From: a bacterium
Lineage (GTDB): Bacteria; SM23-31
Direction: 5' to 3'
DNA length: 64,000 nucleotides
NCBI GenBank assembly: GCA_965249485.1
Contig: OZ252239.1
Coordinates: 2,016,001 to 2,080,000 of the forward strand
The notes beneath the pieces were generated by a model. That model had not been told where the DNA came from. It saw nothing but the letters and a program-made list of their open reading frames with translations, and ran no database searches. The position numbers and the translations under genes are program-made. Of the stretch, positions 60,436 through 64,000 are shown piece after piece (within the stretch, counting starts at the first letter, position 1; every line of letters begins with the position of its first letter).

Positions 60436-60638
60436 TCATTGTCTATTTTTATATCAACCCAAAAAGGTTTTTATATTTATCCCTCCATCAGATATATAGA
60501 AAGTGTGCCAAATTGGCGCCAGTTACTTATATTTTCTCATAATTAAACAAAATTAATACAAATTAATTTTTCTTGAGTATTATGCATTTTTACAGTGCAA
60601 ATTCGTCAAAGTATCCCAGCAAGTTTGAAGATGTTCGG

Positions 60639-60677
60639 TGGAACTTCAGAATATAGGTATCTGGAGTTCCATTTTTT
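60639..60677 (+). terminator. Intrinsic terminator-like hairpin downstream of the tRNAs
   Basis: TGGAACTTCAGA...TCTGGAGTTCCA-TTTTTT. Confidence 0.55.
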
Positions 60678-60717
60678 ATTTGTAAGCATGTAATGAATCC
60701 TTTTATATTTACTTGTC

Positions 60718-61458
60718 ATGAAATTATGTAGATATTTTACCCAAAATGGTCTTGAAGTACCGGCTGTCTCGGCTGATCAGATGAGGGAAATCGACCGAAT
60801 CGCAATTGAAGAATCGGATCCGAATCTTTACCAGATGATGGAAAATGCAGGGCGTAATCTCGCGCTTGAAGTGATTGATACGCTTGAGCAAAAATGGAAA
60901 TCATCGCGTATTCTCATTCTTGCGGGAACTGGAGGCAACGGCGGTGGCGGTATATGCGCCGGACGCCATTTATTGAATCGCAATCTTTCGGTCACGATCT
61001 GCTTTGCGAGTACGGATAATCTAACATCAGTAACAGCTTACCAGCGTTCGATATTTCTTTCGGCAAACGGACATGAGATGGTCGCAGATATGATAGGACA
61101 GTCATCTCCCGATATTATTGTTGACGCACTTATCGGATACAGTTTGAGGGACAAACCGAATAGTACTGTACAAACTATCATAGATTGGACACTCAAAAGT
61201 GGTATCCCGGTTATTTCGCTCGATGTTCCTTCGGGGATTAATGCGACCACTGGTGAGATTCCCGGAGTTGCTATCAAACCTGAAAAAACGGTCACTCTTG
61301 CCCTTCCGAAAAAAGGACAGACGCCTGAAAATTCCGGAATGCTCATTCTTGCCGATATTGGTATCCATTCCGAAGTTTTTAAACGTGCGAACATCGAATA
61401 TACATCCCCTTTTGGATCACAGTTTCGAATTCCTTTACAATGCAAAAAACAGAGGTAA
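60718..61458 (+). CDS. nnrE: NAD(P)H-hydrate epimerase (stand-alone YjeF N-domain)
   Basis: QMREID, MMENAG, GTGGNGGGG, VDALIG, SLDVPSG, ADIGI. Confidence 0.85.
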   Translation: MKLCRYFTQNGLEVPAVSADQMREIDRIAIEESDPNLYQMMENAGRNLALEVIDTLEQKWKSSRILILAGTGGNGGGGICAGRHLLNRNLSVTICFASTDNLTSVTAYQRSIFLSANGHEMVADMIGQSSPDIIVDALIGYSLRDKPNSTVQTIIDWTLKSGIPVISLDVPSGINATTGEIPGVAIKPEKTVTLALPKKGQTPENSGMLILADIGIHSEVFKRANIEYTSPFGSQFRIPLQCKKQR

Positions 61459-61465
61459 TCTTGAA

Positions 61466-61723
61466 GGAAAGGGACCGAATGCTCCCAGAATTGCATCCTT
61501 AGGTCCGGATTGGCAACGAAAGCTGACACTCCCGCTCTATCACCATTTTGTCATGGAATATTGGGTCTACGTTGCCATGTCTGTATGGGGTGAAGGGAGA
61601 TATTTATCGATTCAACTTCATGACGGTGAGTATCTTTCCGAACGTGGTGTCGAATACGCATCTTCACCTCCCACTGCGATTCGTATTATACGCCCATATT
61701 TTACTATTCTTACTACAAAATGA
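61466..61723 (+). pseudogene. Orphan C-terminal fragment of an M24-like paralogue
   Basis: GKGPNAPRIASLGPDWQRKLTLPLYHHFVMEY...RGVEY aligns with the C-termini of the flanking paralogues; no start or RBS of its own. Confidence 0.8.
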
Positions 61724-61899
61724 GAAGAAAATACTTGTAAAAGTAAATTACAGACGTTACTATTAATATTGATATTTCCATCACATTCTAATCAAGTTTG
61801 TATATCTTTAAAAGCTTAATATTCCGACATAAATCCATATTATATTCTTATTGAGTACTAATATGGGTAATATCAGTTTAATTCAGAGAGGAGCACGTT

Positions 61900-63309
61900 A
61901 TGATTTCTCGAGTAATGATAGTTATACTATTGGTGATAATCTTAGCGCCTGCTGCCAATGTACAGGCTCAGGATATGGACGATCTGAAGGAATGGAATAA
62001 TCAGATTCGCCAGGAAAAGTTTGACCTCGTTCTGCCACAAGCCATGAGAAATAACAATATTGACATGTGGATCCATGTGATGAGAGTAGCAGTTCCTGAC
62101 CCCTTTGGTGCAGAAGACCTGGGCAGTACCTCCGGCCTTATCGTCTTCACGGATCGTGGCGGCGACAGGATTGAACGTGCGGTTCTCGGTCGTCGATGGG
62201 GAGCAACACAGCGTCAAAGGAGTGGAGATGCGAGTAATTTGATTGAAGAATATAGAGCGTACGACATAATTCACGAACCGGTTTTTGTGGGGGAACCGGT
62301 TTCAAGTCCGATGACAGAATATGATTACCGATTTAAGGGCCTCAGAGAATTTGTTGAAGCGCGTGACCCCAAACGCATTGCTGTAAATTACAGAGAAAAT
62401 CTGTCAACGTGGGCGACTTCGAGTAGAACGCAAGACGGCATTTCACATACAGACTTTCTCCTCTTAACGAAAGAACTCGGTGATAGATATACCAAAAGAC
62501 TGGTCTCGTCTGAATATGTGATGATGGATTACCAAATAAGTCCGGTACCGAGCGAAGTCCAACTGCTTAAGAAAATGCGTCAGGACGAAGTTGAACGTGT
62601 AGAGAAAGCTTTTGCTGACGTTGTGCCGGGTGTAACCAAAACTCGCGGGGGAGGAGTAACTGTCTTTCGTCGTATGAGCACAGGATTATCGCAAAGGGGA
62701 AGAAGTGCAGGCTGGGAAAACAGTGTGGTCCAGGGAGGCGACATTCTTGCAGCACCAAGCCAGGGAATGTACGCCTATATACTCCGTGATAGAGAGACTG
62801 AACCGCCTTCGGAAATCAAAAAACTCTGGGCAGAATATTTGAAAATTGATAAGATTTTCACAGAAACCATCAAAGCGGGTCTCACCCCACGAGAAATAAT
62901 GCAAAACTACACGCAGAAATTTGATGATGCGGGAGTTATTGTTGTGGATCCCCAATTGCATATGGTTCAGCCAAAGAACGATTTTCCCGTTTATTCCGCA
63001 GGGTACGATCCTGAAAAAACTCTGCTTACTATCGACTTACATGGCAAAGGAAAAGGAGCAAGTGGAAGGAAGCACGATATTTATCTTGGCCCCAGGATGG
63101 GTTCTTATGGTCCTGATTGGACACACGATATACCACTTTCACCCAATCACCACTTTGTTTTAGAATATTTTTTCTATATGCCGTCGCCAACATCAAACAA
63201 AGATGAAGACCAATACTTATTATTTTGGGACCATGAGCAGGCGATTGCCACCGAAAGTGGAGTCGAGTATTTATATCCACCACAAAAGGAGCTTATTCTC
63301 ATAAAATAA
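61900..63309 (+). CDS. Secreted M24-fold (Xaa-Pro peptidase-like) paralogue
   Basis: GAGGAG RBS, signal peptide, IDMWIHV, FTDRGGDRIERA, DGISHTD, VPGVT, DLHGKG, HFVLEY. Confidence 0.85.
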   Translation: MISRVMIVILLVIILAPAANVQAQDMDDLKEWNNQIRQEKFDLVLPQAMRNNNIDMWIHVMRVAVPDPFGAEDLGSTSGLIVFTDRGGDRIERAVLGRRWGATQRQRSGDASNLIEEYRAYDIIHEPVFVGEPVSSPMTEYDYRFKGLREFVEARDPKRIAVNYRENLSTWATSSRTQDGISHTDFLLLTKELGDRYTKRLVSSEYVMMDYQISPVPSEVQLLKKMRQDEVERVEKAFADVVPGVTKTRGGGVTVFRRMSTGLSQRGRSAGWENSVVQGGDILAAPSQGMYAYILRDRETEPPSEIKKLWAEYLKIDKIFTETIKAGLTPREIMQNYTQKFDDAGVIVVDPQLHMVQPKNDFPVYSAGYDPEKTLLTIDLHGKGKGASGRKHDIYLGPRMGSYGPDWTHDIPLSPNHHFVLEYFFYMPSPTSNKDEDQYLLFWDHEQAIATESGVEYLYPPQKELILIK

Positions 63310-63351
63310 GTTCAACCAAACACGCTCGTTGCTTAATGAAGGAGGTATCTG

Positions 63352-64000
63352 ATGTCGACTCGACATATTTTTTGTACATTCATTACATTGTCCATGCTCT
63401 TGGGGCTGTTTGGTATTGCGACAGCCCAACCGATATCGGCAATGTCTGGTCAGGAAGAAGACGAACTGAAGGAATGGAATAATCAGATTCGCCGGGAAAA
63501 GTTTGACCTTGTTCTGCCTCATGCCATGAGAAAGAACAATATCGACATGTGGATCCATGTGTTGAGAATAGCAATTCCTGATGACTTTGGAGCAGAAGAA
63601 TTAGGCAGTACCTCCGGTGTTTTCGTATTCACGGATCATGGTGGTGACAGGATCGAACGCGCGGTTCTCGGACGTCGCTGGGGAACTACTCAGCGAGAAC
63701 GGGAAGATGGAGATATTGATTTTCTTGAAAGAAGTGGAGCATACGACATAATCCACGACCCGGTTTTTGTGAGAGAACCGGTGACAAGCCCGATGATAGA
63801 ATATGATTTCCGATTTAAGGGTCTCCGAGAGTTTGTTGAAGCACGTGATCCCAAACGCATTGCGGTAAATTATATGCACGATCTCGGGCAGTGGGAGACC
63901 TACACTGACTTTGGAGGTGCAAGAGATGGTATTTCATTTACCGACTACCACCTGTTGACCGAAGAACTCGGTGAAAAATATGCCAGCAGACTGGTTTCAT
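63352..64000 (+). CDS. Secreted M24-fold paralogue; runs off the right edge
   Basis: AAGGAGG RBS; MSTRHIFCTFITLSMLL...ELKEWNNQIRREKFDLVLPHAMRKNNIDMWIHV...FTDHGGDRIERAVLGRRWG, close paralogue of 61900-63309. Confidence 0.88.
   Translation, partial: MSTRHIFCTFITLSMLLGLFGIATAQPISAMSGQEEDELKEWNNQIRREKFDLVLPHAMRKNNIDMWIHVLRIAIPDDFGAEELGSTSGVFVFTDHGGDRIERAVLGRRWGTTQREREDGDIDFLERSGAYDIIHDPVFVREPVTSPMIEYDFRFKGLREFVEARDPKRIAVNYMHDLGQWETYTDFGGARDGISFTDYHLLTEELGEKYASRLVS

Noticed and set aside
61199..61465. N-terminal half of the 174-aa ORF 61199-61723
   Set aside because: Alternative frame inside nnrE; only the part from about 61466 resembles a real (M24) protein.

Overview
Bacterial chromosome segment from a diderm (LPS-producing) organism, most likely in the FCB group or a related candidate lineage (short RpoD-type sigma factor, TonB receptors, DUF5686-like barrel; the taxonomy is inference). 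The middle (about 22-60 kb) is mostly intact housekeeping: trkAH, rnhA, gatC, kdsB-pyrG-kdsACD-lptCAB-rpoN, hflKC, hslVU, pilC/gspF, yggT, sigma70, M23 peptidase, rpmB, dusB, larB, lon, a fused fungal-type homoaconitase with a homoisocitrate dehydrogenase-like gene, tadA and two tRNA-Ser. Both ends carry tandem arrays of secreted M24 (pita-bread fold) peptidase-like paralogues just downstream of tRNA genes; these differ in their metal-ligand residues, show mosaic N-termini and include an orphan C-terminal fragment. The best candidate for an undescribed system is 3.6-10.7 kb: a promoter with a perfect CRP-type box at class II spacing, followed by a secreted duplicated-domain PPGG-repeat protein, a nucleotide-transporter-HEAT fusion, a stand-alone cNMP-binding protein and an orphan secretin that is now disrupted. 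There is also a cobalamin-riboswitch operon (btuB, two DUF71/Dph6-like ATPases, an ECF S component), three decayed genes (secretin, ComEA-like HhH remnant, ADP-forming acyl-CoA ligase), a probable ATA start for lptC and a 59-aa tail-anchored ORF missed by the ORF track. No CRISPR array, integrase, transposase or rRNA was seen. All calls come from reading motifs by eye; no database searches were run.
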